64,000 bases of DNA from Octopus sinensis (taxonomy: Eukaryota), in NCBI RefSeq assembly GCF_006345805.1, contig NC_042999.1, positions 70,184,001 through 70,248,000 on the forward strand, in the 5' to 3' direction. This document shows, one piece after another, positions 26,641 through 38,974 of the stretch. Every line of letters starts with the position of its first letter. The first letter of the stretch is position 1. Made by a program: the position numbers and the translations under genes. The notes under the pieces are model-generated. The model worked only from the letters and a program-made list of their open reading frames with translations. It ran no database searches and was not told the DNA's origin.

Positions 26641-27745
26641 AAATACATGCTGGAGGAGGAGGAGGAGGGAACATGCACTGTAACAGCGCATCGCTACATC
26701 CACCCTTTGTTGGTGATACCCCACTACACCTGGCGGAGGACGCCTTTCAACTATTCGGGTGACAACCCTCCAACCTACGGATCTTCTTTGGATAGTCGTT
26801 GTTGATGAGGGTTTTACGAAGTCAGAGTGCAAATCCTACTTCAACTTCGTTTTGGTCGCCTTTTACGATACACAGAAGAAACGTTGCTTCTATTCTTTGA
26901 CATGCCGGTCCCCAGACAGCACACAAAGTTAAATCGTACCGGATTTGTATTATGCTCTCCTTTTAAGAAACCCTACTATCCCTGTGTTTCTCTCTATCTT
27001 ACGAGTGACAAAATAGTGCTGTGTATATAGCCGTCTGCCAAAATTTTAATTATTAATTAAACAGTGAAAGCGTGTACACTTGAAATTTGAAACATAAAAA
27101 GCAAACTTTCAGTTTCATTGCAAAAACCAGAAACGGCAAAATGAAAAATATTTTAGGTACTTCTGTAATTACATCATGTGTATTTCGTATTTAAATTAAG
27201 GATTTTTCGAATGCTTCTTCAATTCTCTGTTTAACAATTCATATTTAAAATATCATTACTTTTAGGTTTTTGAAACCGAAACTTCAGGACTACCATAACA
27301 GACGTTCACTCCATGTTAATGGCTGTCGTTATCTTTTAACACCAAATCAACGTTGTTCAAGCAAACATACGATCAAAATCATTCCAATCGTGACCATTCC
27401 GCCTTTTAGAGAATATCTATGACTACATTATCCCATGTCTCGTTTCCTTACTGAGGAAAAATTCTCTGCCTTTTCTAGCAAGCTAAGCGACATTCTAAAG
27501 ACTCCCTCGCTGGCCAAACGTTGGCCCAAATGCCGTAAATTGAAAGGAAACTGGGTAGTACTTGACAAGTACAAATTTTACTGGGATTTTCACTGACCCA
27601 GGAAGAACGAAAGAATGAAAGGAAAAGTTGACCTTGACGAGATTGGATTTAAGAACGTAATAAAATGCCAGAAGGCATTTTCCGACGTTCTACTGATTCA
27701 GAGCCAATCTATCATTCTGGGTTATGACACGATTAATACACACAC

Positions 27746-27793
<48 letters not shown>

Positions 27794-27849
27794 TATATAT
27801 ATATATATATATAAAGAATGAATGTTTTTTATATATAATGAACGTGAAA

Positions 27850-28080
27850 TACAGGAAGGGACGAACACGGAACACAGACAATCATTCGAAGCCTTCAATC
27901 TTCAGTCAGACACCGAATCATCATAGCAAAATTTCGGCTGTTCAATTCTGATATTTGCTCCAACTCGGCAGCCCAAGAAAAAAAAAAAAGCTGTAAGCAT
28001 TAGATTTCTTGGTAGAAGACAGGAATGTGAACGCACAAGAGGATGTGAATACAAGAGACGAAAAACGAAATTGAAAACAG
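27850..28080 (-). mobile_element. Short repeat family H2 (probably Penelope-like)
   Basis: Homologous to 41975-42290 and 52402-52670 (CATTCGAAG..CTTCAGTCA, TTGCTCCAA..GGC.AGCCC, AGCATTAGATT). Confidence 0.55.
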
Positions 28081-28330
28081 TAATGAAAAAACAAAATGTA
28101 TATAACGGTGGTTGTCATACGACTTTAGACCAAATGAGACAAAACAACAACATAGCAGTGGCGTAGAAATAATTACCGTTCGGTAGCGGGGACACATGTT
28201 GGTCGAGATACGAAGGCCAACAGAATGGGTGAAGAAGCAGCAGGTCAGGAGAGAGATATAATATATATATATACATACATACATACGTACATGCATACAT
28301 ACAGATATATATACATATAAATATATATAT

Positions 28331-28366
<36 letters not shown>

Positions 28367-28399
28367 CATACCTAATACATTCATATTATATATATACAG

Positions 28400-28430
<31 letters not shown>

Positions 28431-28460
28431 ATATATATAATATATATATATATATATACA

Positions 28461-28851
28461 CTAGCAGTATCGCCCGGCGTTGCTCGGGTTTGTAAGGGAA
28501 ATATTATATAAGCATTTTTAGAGATGTAAAGTATAATAGCCATCTCAATATAGCTAAACACAAAGGGGGAGGGTGTTACTGTAGCTTTTTACGTTCGATT
28601 TAATAATAAATTTTAGAGAGTTACTTCCCTTATATATGTCAAAAATGGATTAACAATGGGAAAATTGATGGTAAATTTTTTTTTAAATCGTAGACTCATC
28701 GTAGACGCGCGCTAATACCCAGACGTCTCGATGTGAATCACGACTATAAGATACCCGGTTTTGGGTTAAACTGCACCGCAAAATGTGGGAGTAGAGTTAG
28801 GAATCTAAATCGTAGGAGACAGACACACAACCTCACTTTTATATATAAAGA
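28461..28851 (-). mobile_element. Non-autonomous Helitron, family A (391 bp)
   Basis: A|TCTTTATATAT...CCCGAGCAACGCCGGG hairpin-CGATACTG-CTAG|T; no TSD. Confidence 0.88.
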
Positions 28852-28944
28852 TTTCTCTATTTACATAATATTGAGGTCTCTTTCTTTCTTTGGTATCTTA
28901 CTGTTTTACCACTATACATATATATATATATATAAAATATATAT

Positions 28945-29265
28945 ATACTTACAGAGATGTACTTGCTAGCAAGTGACTTGATCTGAGATCGCGTGTGCTG
29001 GAACGAAAACAGTTGCAGCGCTTGAAGGTGTTATAAGCCATTTAAGAAACACACAAAACCGTTAGATTCACTTCAACATTAAATTAATTTGTCAAAATAT
29101 TTTCGTCGCTTTGAGACCGCGACCGTTAGCACGATATTTTGTCAGTGAACAGGTCGCGGTCTCAAAGCGACGAAAATATTTGGCAAATTAAATTAAATGT
29201 TGAAGTGAATGTAACGGTTTTTGTGTGTGTTCTTAAATGGCTTACAAAACACCTCCACGCTGCAA
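28945..29265. mobile_element. Penelope-like repeat pair in inverted orientation, flanked by (TA)n
   Basis: Arms 29013-29124 and 29152-29265 are reverse complements with a 27-nt spacer. Confidence 0.65.
29138..29187 (+). ncRNA. Minimal type I hammerhead motif with G3:C8 core (GUGAACA)
   Basis: TTTGTCA-GTGAACA-G-GTCGC(9 nt)GCGAC-GAA-AATATT-T-(TGACAAA in the left-arm copy; GGCAAA here). Confidence 0.6.
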
Positions 29266-29329
29266 TATATATATACACATATATATATGTGTGTTATGTA
29301 TGGATGTATGTGTGATATGTGTATGCATG

Positions 29330-29570
29330 TATGTGTGTGTGTGTGTGCGGTCTGTGCTTGTGATTGTCCTCCACCACTGCTTGACAACGAATGTGGTTTG
29401 TTTACATCCCTGTCACCTAGTGGTTTGACAAAGGAAACAGATAGAATAAGTACAATGCTTACAAAAATAAAACTGGAGTTGATCATTAAACTACAATTCT
29501 TCAAGGCATTGCCCCAGCATGGCACAGACCAATGGCTGGAAAAAGCAGAAGAATAAAAGAATACATTCTC
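29330..29570 (+). mobile_element. SINE family 1, 3' half, diverged
   Basis: TGCTTGACAAC...CCCCAGCATGGC...CTGGAAAAAG. Confidence 0.8.
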
Positions 29571-30293
29571 TGCTTGGTCTTATGTTCAAGCATGAGAAAG
29601 TTGAGTTTACATGAGAAGGCCTAACAGACCTGGTAGAAACAGCAGCCAATCTCCCTCAAATCACACCTTACTGTCTTATGTATGTATATATATATGAGCC
29701 TATGAGGAGACCCTACATGGCAGCTAGACATGGTAGAAATAGCAGCCAAATCTCCCTCAAATCACACCTTACTGTCTTATCTTTCTGCTACTTGGATATA
29801 GGTCTTATATTCATCGTAAAAAACTTTCCTGTCACACACTCACGCACGCACACGCACACACACACACACACACGCACCCTCACACACACACACACGCGCA
29901 CACACACACACACACACCGACACACACGCACGTTAGCTTACAATTTATTTAATATATTGCGTGTCTATGTGTGGAAAAGGAAGTGGGAGGCAGAGTGAAA
30001 GAATCACTCACTACAGTAAGTGAATTAGTTTCATTTTATTCGTTGCCACTGTGGTTGTGTGGTTTGCGTGTGGTGTAAACCAGACTAAGAAAAGCATTTG
30101 ACACACAACCAGAATGTGAGTTTCTCTGTAATTTTGCTTAATTGGAGTTTAATTTTGAAAACTGGACCTGGCATGACGCGATGCATTGTACTCTTAAAAA
30201 TGCTAGGTAAATTGTAATTGAAGAAATCATATTTGTAGATTTGTATAACTCCCAAAGGGAGGCAGATAAAATCATGCCTTTTATAATAAGAGA

Positions 30294-30924
30294 CTAGCAG
30301 TATCGCCCGGCGTTGCTCGGGTTTGTAAGGGAAATAACTATATAAGCATTTTTAGAGAGTTATAGCCAAAAAATAGCAAAAAATGCATTAAAAATGGAAA
30401 AAATATGATGGTAAATTTTTTGAAAAATCGTTGACTCATCGTAGACATTTTTAGAGAGTTACTTCCCTTATATAATCGCGAAAAAATGCATTAAAATGGG
30501 AAAAAAACGATGGTAAATTTTTTTTTAAATTGTAGACTCATGTAGACGCTTTCTTAGCCATTTCTGTTTTGGTGTCTTCAAGCCATGAAGTCGTTGTTCT
30601 AAAAGAACACTTGTCTCCTTGACAACGCATTACGACGTTGATTTCCTTACACTCCCTTCCCCACAGGTGCAGGTGTGAGCGTGGACGCCAACTCCGCCGC
30701 CATCGACACACGAAAAATTATGCATTAATGGAATAAAAAATGATGTTAAATTATTTTTTAAATCGTAGACTCATGTAGACGCGCGCTAATACTCAGACGG
30801 GCTCGATATGAATCATGACTATAAGCTACCCGAATTGGTTAAACTGCACCGCAAAATGGGAGTAGTTAGGAATCTAAATCGAAGGGGACAGACACTCTCA
30901 CAACTACAGTTTTATATATATAGA
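30294..30924 (-). mobile_element. Helitron family A, long variant (631 bp)
   Basis: A|TCTATATATA...hairpin-CTAG; three internal ~100-bp subrepeats plus a GC-rich ~165-bp insert. Confidence 0.85.
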
Positions 30925-30939
30925 TATACATAGCGCAGT

Positions 30940-31310
30940 AGTGGTGAGATATGACAGCAAAGAAAAGCTTAAATTCACTCTCTGCATGCAATTAGACTCA
31001 GAAAGTTTTGAGGAACAATTGACCCAATTTGCTGACTTTTCCGATAGCACACAGGTCTCAATGAATGGTTGAATGACCAAATCCAAGCTTCTCTGCTAGT
31101 TCCTCAACAGTTACGATGAGATTTTGTTCCACCAGGGTTTTCAGGATGTCCTTGTCGAGTTCTACAGATCTTTCAGGATGAGGCTCGTCTTCTAGGCTGT
31201 AGTTTATGGCTCGGGATTTCTGGAACCACCATTGACACTGCCTTACGCTTATTGTCCAATTCCCCATATACTGCATTAATATTTCTTGTACTTTGCACAC
31301 ATTTATATTC
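30940..31310 (-). mobile_element. Mariner transposase N-terminal (HTH) relic
   Basis: ISVRQCQWWFQK.R..NYSLEDEPH.ERSVELDKDILKTLVEQN..VTVEELAEKLGFGHSTIH. Confidence 0.85.
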
Positions 31311-32104
31311 TGTTATTCTTTTATATGTTTCAGCCTTGAGGTTGTGGCCATGCTGGATCATGTGTGTGTGGTGTGTGTGTGTGTGTGTGTGTCTATCTGT
31401 CTGTCTGTCTGTATGTATATATGTATATGTATGTGTGTGAACAATAATATTTTCAACAGATGTGTTGCAAATGTATCTGATTGTTCTCAAGCTTCATACT
31501 GTGTGTGGGTGTATGTGGTGTGTGTGTATGTATGTATGTATATGTATGTATGTATGTATATGTATGTATGTATGTATGTGTGTATGTATGTATGTGTGTG
31601 TGTATGTATGTGTGTGTGTATGTGTGTGTGTGTATGTATGTATGTATGTATGTATGTATGTATGTATGTATGTATGTATGAGTGTATGTTTACTTTATTA
31701 CTAATTACTCTCTTCCAAGAACATTTTCACTCACTCTTAGCTCTTAGCTTCCCATACATTTTACTCATGTATCTATCAGCGTCATAGACAGAATACTTTC
31801 ACTTTAGTCTTCCTCAAATCACTCTGTCGCTATTTACTTTCATTTTATTCGTTGCCCACTGTGTGTGTGGGTTTTTCCGTGTGGTGTAAACCAGACTAAG
31901 AAAAGCATTTGACACACACACCAGAATGTGAGTTTTCTGTAAATTTTGCTTAATTGGAGTTTAAATTTTGAAAACTGGACCTGGCATGACGCGATGCATG
32001 TACTCTTAAAAATGCTAGGTAAATTGTAATTGAAGAAATCCTATATTGTAGATTTGTATAACTCCAAAGGGAGGCAGATAAAATCTGCCTTTTATAATAA
32101 GAGA

Positions 32105-32739
32105 CTAGCAGTATCGCCGGCGTTGCTCGGGTTTGTAAGGGAAATAACTATATAAGCATTTTTAGAGAGTTATAGCCAAAAAATAGCAAAAAATGCATTA
32201 AAAATGGAAAAAATATGATGGTAAATTTTTTGAAAAATCGTTGACTCATCGTAGACATTTTAGAGAGTTATTTCCCTTATATAATCGCGAAAAAATGCAT
32301 TAAAATGGAAAAAAAAACGATGGTAAATTTTTTTTTAAATCGTAGACTCATGTAGACGCTTTCTTAGCCATTTCTGTTTTGGTGTCTTCAAGCCATGAAG
32401 TCGTTGTTCTAAAGAACGCTGGTCTCCTTGACAACGCATTACGACGTTGATTTCCTTACACTCCCTTCCCCACAGGTGCAGGTGTGAGCGTGGACGCCAA
32501 CTCCGCCGCCATCGACACACGAAAAATTATGCATTAAAATGGAATAAAAAATGATGTTAAATTATTTTTTAAATCGTAGACTCATTGTAGACGCGCGCTA
32601 ATACTCAGACGGGCTCGATATGAATCACGACTATAGCTACCCGAATTTGGTTAAACTGCACCGGCAAAATGTGGGAGTAGTTAGGAATCTAAATCGAAGG
32701 GGACAGACACTCTCACAACTACAGTTTTATATATATAGA
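32105..32739 (-). mobile_element. Helitron family A, long variant, second copy
   Basis: Same termini and near identity to 30294-30924. Confidence 0.85.
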
Positions 32740-32749
32740 TATACATAGC

Positions 32750-33180
32750 GCAGTAGTGGTGAGATGTGACAGCAAAGAAAAGCATACATTCACTCTCTGC
32801 ATGCAATTAGACCGGAAAGTTCGTGAGGAACCCATGGACCAATTTGCTGACTTTTCCGATAGCACACAGGTCTCAATGAATGTTGAATGACCAAATCCAA
32901 GCTTCTCTGCTAGTTCCTCAACAGTTACGATGAGATTTTGTTCCACCAGGGTTTTCAGGATGTCCTTGTCGAGTTCTACAGATCTTTCAGGATGAGGCTC
33001 GTCTTCTAGGCTGTTCCATATAGCTTTGAAAAAAATAGCTGTTAAAATCGAAATGCACTCTTCAAAACTTGCACTATGAATAAGGACAAGATAAAATTAC
33101 TACCTGCTTTTATAGCAAGTTAATATAGTAGTTTATCCCATTCCCCTCTGACTTTTAGTTCAAGCTGTTGAAAAAACCGC
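32750..33180 (-). mobile_element. Mariner relic, second array copy, with a different upstream segment
   Basis: EQNLIVTVEELAEKLGFGHS; diverges from the first copy beyond ~33010. Confidence 0.75.
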
Positions 33181-34059
33181 ATTATTATATATATATAATA
33201 CATACATACATACATACATACATACATACACATACACACACACTTCTCTCTCACACACATGCAACATTTATATTCTGTTATTCTTTTATATGTTTCAGCC
33301 TTGAGGTTGTGGCCATGCTGGATCATGTGTGTGTGTGGTGTGTCTATCTGTCTGTCTGTCTGTATGGATATATGTATATGTATGTGTGTGAACAATATAT
33401 TTTCAACAGATGTGTTGCAAAGTATCTGATTGTTCTCAAGCTTCAATACTGGTGTTGTGTGCATGTGTGTGTGTATGTATGTATGTATATGTATGTATGT
33501 ATATGTATGTATGTATGTAGTATGTGTGTATGTATGTATGTGTGTGTGTATGTATGGGTGTGTGTGTGTGTATGTATGTATGTATGTATGTATGAGTGTA
33601 TGTTTACTTTATTACTAACACAAGCCATTTAATGTAAAGTCTTCCTCAAATCACTATCTCTGGCTATTTACTCTCTTCCAAGAAACATTTTCACTCACAT
33701 ATGTGTTAGCTTCCCATACATTTTACTCATGCATCTATCAGCGTGATAGAGAGAAACAAAATTACATCTAGTTTCACTTTATTCGTTGCCCACTGTGTGG
33801 TGCGTTTGCGTGTGATTGTAAACCAGACTAAGAAAAGCATTTGACACACACACCAGATGTGAGTTTTTCTGTAAATTTTGCTTATTGGAGTTTAAATTTT
33901 AAAAACTGGACCTGGCATGACGCGATGCATTGTACTCTTAAAAATGCTAGGTAAATTGTAATTGAAGAAATCCTATATTGTAGATTTGTATAACTCCCAA
34001 AGGGAGGCAGATAAAATCTGCCTTTTATAATAAGAGATACATAAGACAGAGATATATAT

Positions 34060-34090
<31 letters not shown>

Positions 34091-34121
34091 CATACATACA
34101 TACATACATACACACATACAT

Positions 34122-34152
<31 letters not shown>

Positions 34153-34154
34153 TA

Positions 34155-34195
<41 letters not shown>

Positions 34196-34599
34196 GCACA
34201 TACATATATATGCATATATAATGCTGTAGGTAGATCATAAAGAAATTATTTTTCTTGTCGAGATTTTTTGTTGATTTTGCTGTTGTAGCTGCTGCTGTTG
34301 TTTTGGCATTGTAAAAAGTTTATATGATGTAATGTTCTGACGTTACGCAAGATTCTTCAAAGACTGTTAGCCTACATACGCATATTTTCCTGTTGAATAA
34401 ATGAATATATGAATATATGAATAGATGTCATTCTACCAATATCTTTAACTATGCATATTTATGCCAAGCTATTATTTGGCAAAGTCTGCAATAGCTACAG
34501 AAACCGAATGCCGAAAAATAATTCTTTTGGAACAACACAATTTACGTCAACTTCTCAAAACTGATCTTTCAAAGGATTTGATTGATTCTAACTTTTCGT

Positions 34600-36310
34600 G
34601 TTTTTTTTTGTTTTTTTTTTAGTTTTTTTTATTGGCTCAAAAAGCAAAAGCAAGGCTATGTAGGGGGACAAGGAGTTATGTACAGGGAGGGTGGTCATAC
34701 AAAGAGTTCAGGCCATTTTTGGTCAAGAGAGACTTAGAACCGAGCGGTCGTCGGCATCTTCACTATCTCGTCCGGCAGCTTATTCCACAGATCCGCAACC
34801 CAGACGGAGAAAGCCCCTCTCCTTCGATTGAGATGAAATCGACGTAGATAGAGCTTTTCGGAGTGACCCCGCAGCCCACGCTCTGGAGCAGAAGTGAAGA
34901 ACAGCTCTTTCGAGATGTTACACTTTCTGCTTATGATGTGAGCGAGAATGAGATCACCACGGCGTCGTCGTTTTTCGAGAGAATAAAGGTCGAGCGTCTT
35001 CAGCCTTTCTTCATAAGACAAATGTTTGAGACCAAGAACCATGCGGGTAGCCAGCTTCTGGACTCTATCGAGATGATGTATGTCTTTGAGGAGAAAAGGA
35101 GAAGAGGCTTGAATCCCGTACTCCAATATGGGTCTCACCAGCGTGACATAGAGCGGTTGGAATATGGCTGCTGTGAGCATTCCGAATGACCGTCGAATCA
35201 AAAACAGAACACAGCGTGCTTTGTTGGCAGCATGGACGCATTGGGCCGAAGGCGAAAAGGAAGAATCCACCAAGATACCCAGGTCCTTTACTTGGTCGGT
35301 TTTCTCCAGCAGGAGACGACCCGGCTCGAAATCAAGTTGAGTTGCAGGAGAGGAGCCAACAGGCAGATGACAGCACTTTGACACGTTCAGACACTGGTCC
35401 CATTCGTTTGACCATCTCCAAACTTGGCGGAGGCATCGACGAAGATCATCTATATTACTGCGAGGAGCGACCAGTTTGACATTGTCGGCAAATAGAAGGG
35501 TGTGTTGCGTGAGGTCGTCGGGCAAGTCATTGATGAAGACTAAAAACAATAACGGCCCAAGCACTGAGCCTTGAGGCACCCCACTGCTCGCACTGGAGAC
35601 GTCGGACAGCGAACCATTAACTTGGACTTGGAAGGAGCGATCTCAGGGGAAGGCACCAACCCATCGTACAATATCCAGATGGAAACGATATGCTTAAAGC
35701 TTGACAAGTAATAGGCGGTGGTTAACCGAGTCAAAAGCTTTGGCAAAGTCCAATAAAACGATGTCAACAGCATCACCATCATCCAGGATACGCGTCACCA
35801 ATTCTTCCATTACCAGTAAGTTGGTCAAGCATATCTTCGGCACGAAGCCGTGTTGGGAATCAGAGATAGAGGCTGTGTTTTGGAGGTGGAGCAACATACT
35901 TTTCTTGAGGATGGTTTCGAACATCTTGCTGATTATTGAAGTAAGGTAGTTAAGCGGGTCTTCGCGGCTCCCTTTCTTGAAAATCGGGCAGATTATCTCT
36001 GTTCTCCAGTTCGCAGGTACAACACCTGTCGCCAATGACATATTGAATAGAAGTGTTAAAGGTTCGCAGATGACCGGAGCCAACGCTTTGATAACCTGTG
36101 GGTGTATGCTGTCAGGGCCGTGACCCTTGTTGACATTGAGGCCTTGAATATCGCGTTCGACTTCGTCACGAGTGATGACCAATCTAGGCATTGGAGCTAC
36201 CGATCTATCAAATGGAGGGAGTTCACGACCATCAACTTGTTTGAAAATTGTCGGAAAAGCCTCGGCAACAAAAGAAAAAAGAGGAAACACCATGTCAGAT
36301 TTCATCTCGA
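34600..36310 (-). mobile_element. 5'-truncated CR1-like LINE, RT in a single frame with three premature stops, 3'UTR and A-rich tail
   Basis: GPDSIHP, QHGFVP, DFAKAFDSVNH, GVPQGSVLGPLLFLVFINDLP, FADN, YSLEKRRRRGDLI; ORFs 35694-36305 and 34734-35579 share a frame; likely true stop TGA at 34697-34695. Confidence 0.95.
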
Positions 36311-37129
36311 CGTTTCAGATATTTTAATATGTGTCTTTAATATAAAGATATTTATAAGCTTCTTTAGATTGATGTCTTGGATCTTGATTCAACAATTAGA
36401 TTTTAATAGCACAGAGAAACCAGAGCAGTCAAGTGCCACAACTTTGGCTGCCTACACAGCGGATCGAGAAGACTAGTATATACGTGTGTATGTATGTATG
36501 TGTGTATGTATGTATAAGTATGTATGCTTGTAGGTATGCGGACAATTGGCATAGACGTTCATACCTATGCGTACTTTTACTGCTGCTACAATAATTATTA
36601 CTATTCCCACCGGTATTTAATGTATTTAGATAATTAATAACCCTTTATGAATAATCTATTAAATACTCCTCAAATTCCAACGTTTTATTTTTGTATTTTT
36701 ACATTTTTACAAGTATTTTCATGATTTCTAACAATCTTCAGTTAAATGTACATGTAATGAACGAACTAGATGACGTTGCCGTAGAGTAAAGTGGAGATAA
36801 TTTATAAATGACTTTCAACATTACAACAGTTTTTGAGTGAACATTATTCTTAATGAAATTAAATTCAAAATCAAATTTATATTTATTTCTTTACTAAATC
36901 AAATTTATATTGTTGTGTCTTTAAAATAGGTTCGAACTTCTATTTTTTTTAATATTCTTGTTTAACAACTGAAGCTCAATCTTCAGTTAAATGCGTACAA
37001 AGCAGAAGAAAATATCTAGTTGGTGTCGCAGTGTAGTTAAGTGGCGGCAATCTGAAGCATGTTGTCAATATCACTACAGCTTTTGAGTAAAATTAAATTA
37101 AAATTAAGATCAGTATTAATACGATTCAT

Positions 37130-37560
37130 GTTCCTGTCCATTCAGAACAGGTTTGGACTTTTCAATAAATTCATTGCTCTTCTTCTAACTTTACTTAAGT
37201 TATAAAGTTTGAAAAAGGAAAACATTAAAAGCATTTTATAACTGTATGATTCTAAATGATTACTTAATGAAATCTAACAGACATGAAGGTCCCTAATTTG
37301 TTGACGGTGTACTCGCATGCGTTCCGAGAACTAATTTCTTGTTTGGCCAATATCTATTTCTGAGCATTTGATGCAGTAGATCAGGTTTCTGCTTTTATAG
37401 TTCATATTTTCATTTGGAAATATTCTTCTTCCGGTTTTTGTGTTGATATAGTAAACAGTATGCAAGAATTGACATGTACCACAATGATTATCATTACATT
37501 CGGATAACATGAACACTTTTGTCGACAATTGCTTAAATTTTTTCGATTGCCTTTTACCTT
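37130..37560 (-). mobile_element. Penelope-like element GIY-YIG endonuclease relic
   Basis: C.DNHCGTCQF...KSRNLIYCIKC...IGQT followed by RMRVHRQQIR...LSNHLE. Confidence 0.85.
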
Positions 37561-38684
37561 GAACATGAGGTCGAACAGTAATTAAATCTTTTAGTTCATC
37601 ATTTAGCCTGATGATAGTTTGATTTAGAATGAATTGTGTGTCACTATAAAAGGAATGATAGTAACAGGTGTAACGAACAGGTATAAAAAAAATAATAGTC
37701 CAAAGACAGTTGTCTCTCGGCTTACATGGTAGAATCCGCTATTGAAAGTTCAAATCGGGGTTATGTCAAAAACTTGAATTAAAATTTTTTTTTAAATAAA
37801 CGACACGATGAATAAAAAACAGAAAACTTCAATAATTGTCTATTGAACTGAGATAATGATAATATAGGATTCTATTAAGTTTTATCTTCTATCCGATAAA
37901 TATAACTTTTTCCATCGTTTCCTTGTGTATGATGTTCGTCTTTAAAGTTACTAAAGATACAGCGATTATACAGGGTCTTATTTTCAAATGTTCTAACTGT
38001 CGTTTCGTTCATATTAAAATGTTCCACAATTTCTGTTGGAACATTTCCATTTGAAGTTGATCCAATATCTTAATTTTCATTCCCAGTGGAATGAACACCC
38101 TTGACATTTTCAGTCTCGAAAATATTTTTTTAATAGTTTTAAAAATAAGTCAAACTTACGTGCTAATTTAAAGAGTAGTCAACTTCGAAATGGAAAAAAA
38201 ACGAAACGCTAGCAAAACGAAAAACTGAAACGGAATCAAGAAATTGCGTTTCAGCATAGACTTTTTTAAAATCGACTTTAGCCAACACTGTGCAAAAGTA
38301 AATCCATGCAAAATAAATGACATATGAACCGAAGGACAACTAAGATAATTAACGAAGAGATGAAGTCTTAGCCATACAGTTAAACGAGGAAGACCCTATA
38401 AAGTGCTTCAGTACGCGTAAATCGTATTTAAAGCCAAAAGATTGGAGTAAGAAATAGGTTAATTGAACCAATGAAAAATCAGTCGAATATGATCAATGAA
38501 ACAATATTATTTATATGAATATGAAATATATGCGAGTAACAAACATAGTACAATGGAATTGAAATATCATATGTCATGTTGTTATCGAAGATAACAATTT
38601 GAAATTTACAGCAGCATCCATCCAATTGTAAAGTCTTTCGAACATATTCCCGTTTCATATTCATTTCTTATGGTGTCTGCGTTT

Positions 38685-38855
38685 ATACCCCCAACATCGC
38701 TTGACAACCGTAACTTAGCGGTTCGACAAAAGAGAACGATAGAATAAGTACTGGGCTTACAAAGAATAAGTCCTGGGGGTCGATTTATTCGACTGAAGGC
38801 GGTGCTCCAGCATGGCCGCAGTCTAATGACTGAAACAAAGAAAAGAATAAAAGAA
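38685..38855 (+). mobile_element. SINE family 1, 3' part
   Basis: Family tail motifs. Confidence 0.88.
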
Positions 38856-38974
38856 TCCCGAAATGCAACAATAAAAAATAGATCTATTTTTTTATATATT
38901 TCTTTTCACATCATATCAAGTTTTACAATACGCCATACATTGTATAGGTTAACGCTAAACTCATTTACAAAATA

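Larger units (their letters stand above)
30029..34037 (-). repeat. Head-to-tail array of a composite Helitron: units 34037-32105 and 32104-30294, partial unit 30293-30029
   Basis: Array starts at A|TCTCTTATTATAAAAGG; each full unit ends at hairpin-CTAG joined directly to the next TC. Confidence 0.75.

Noticed and set aside
26709-26745. VGDTPLHLA ankyrin-like motif
   Set aside because: Downstream residues do not fit the ankyrin consensus, a stop follows shortly, and the ORF starts within a SINE
38130-38292. CACAGTG (RSS/Transib-like) terminus on the minus strand
   Set aside because: No matching second terminus or 5-bp TSD found
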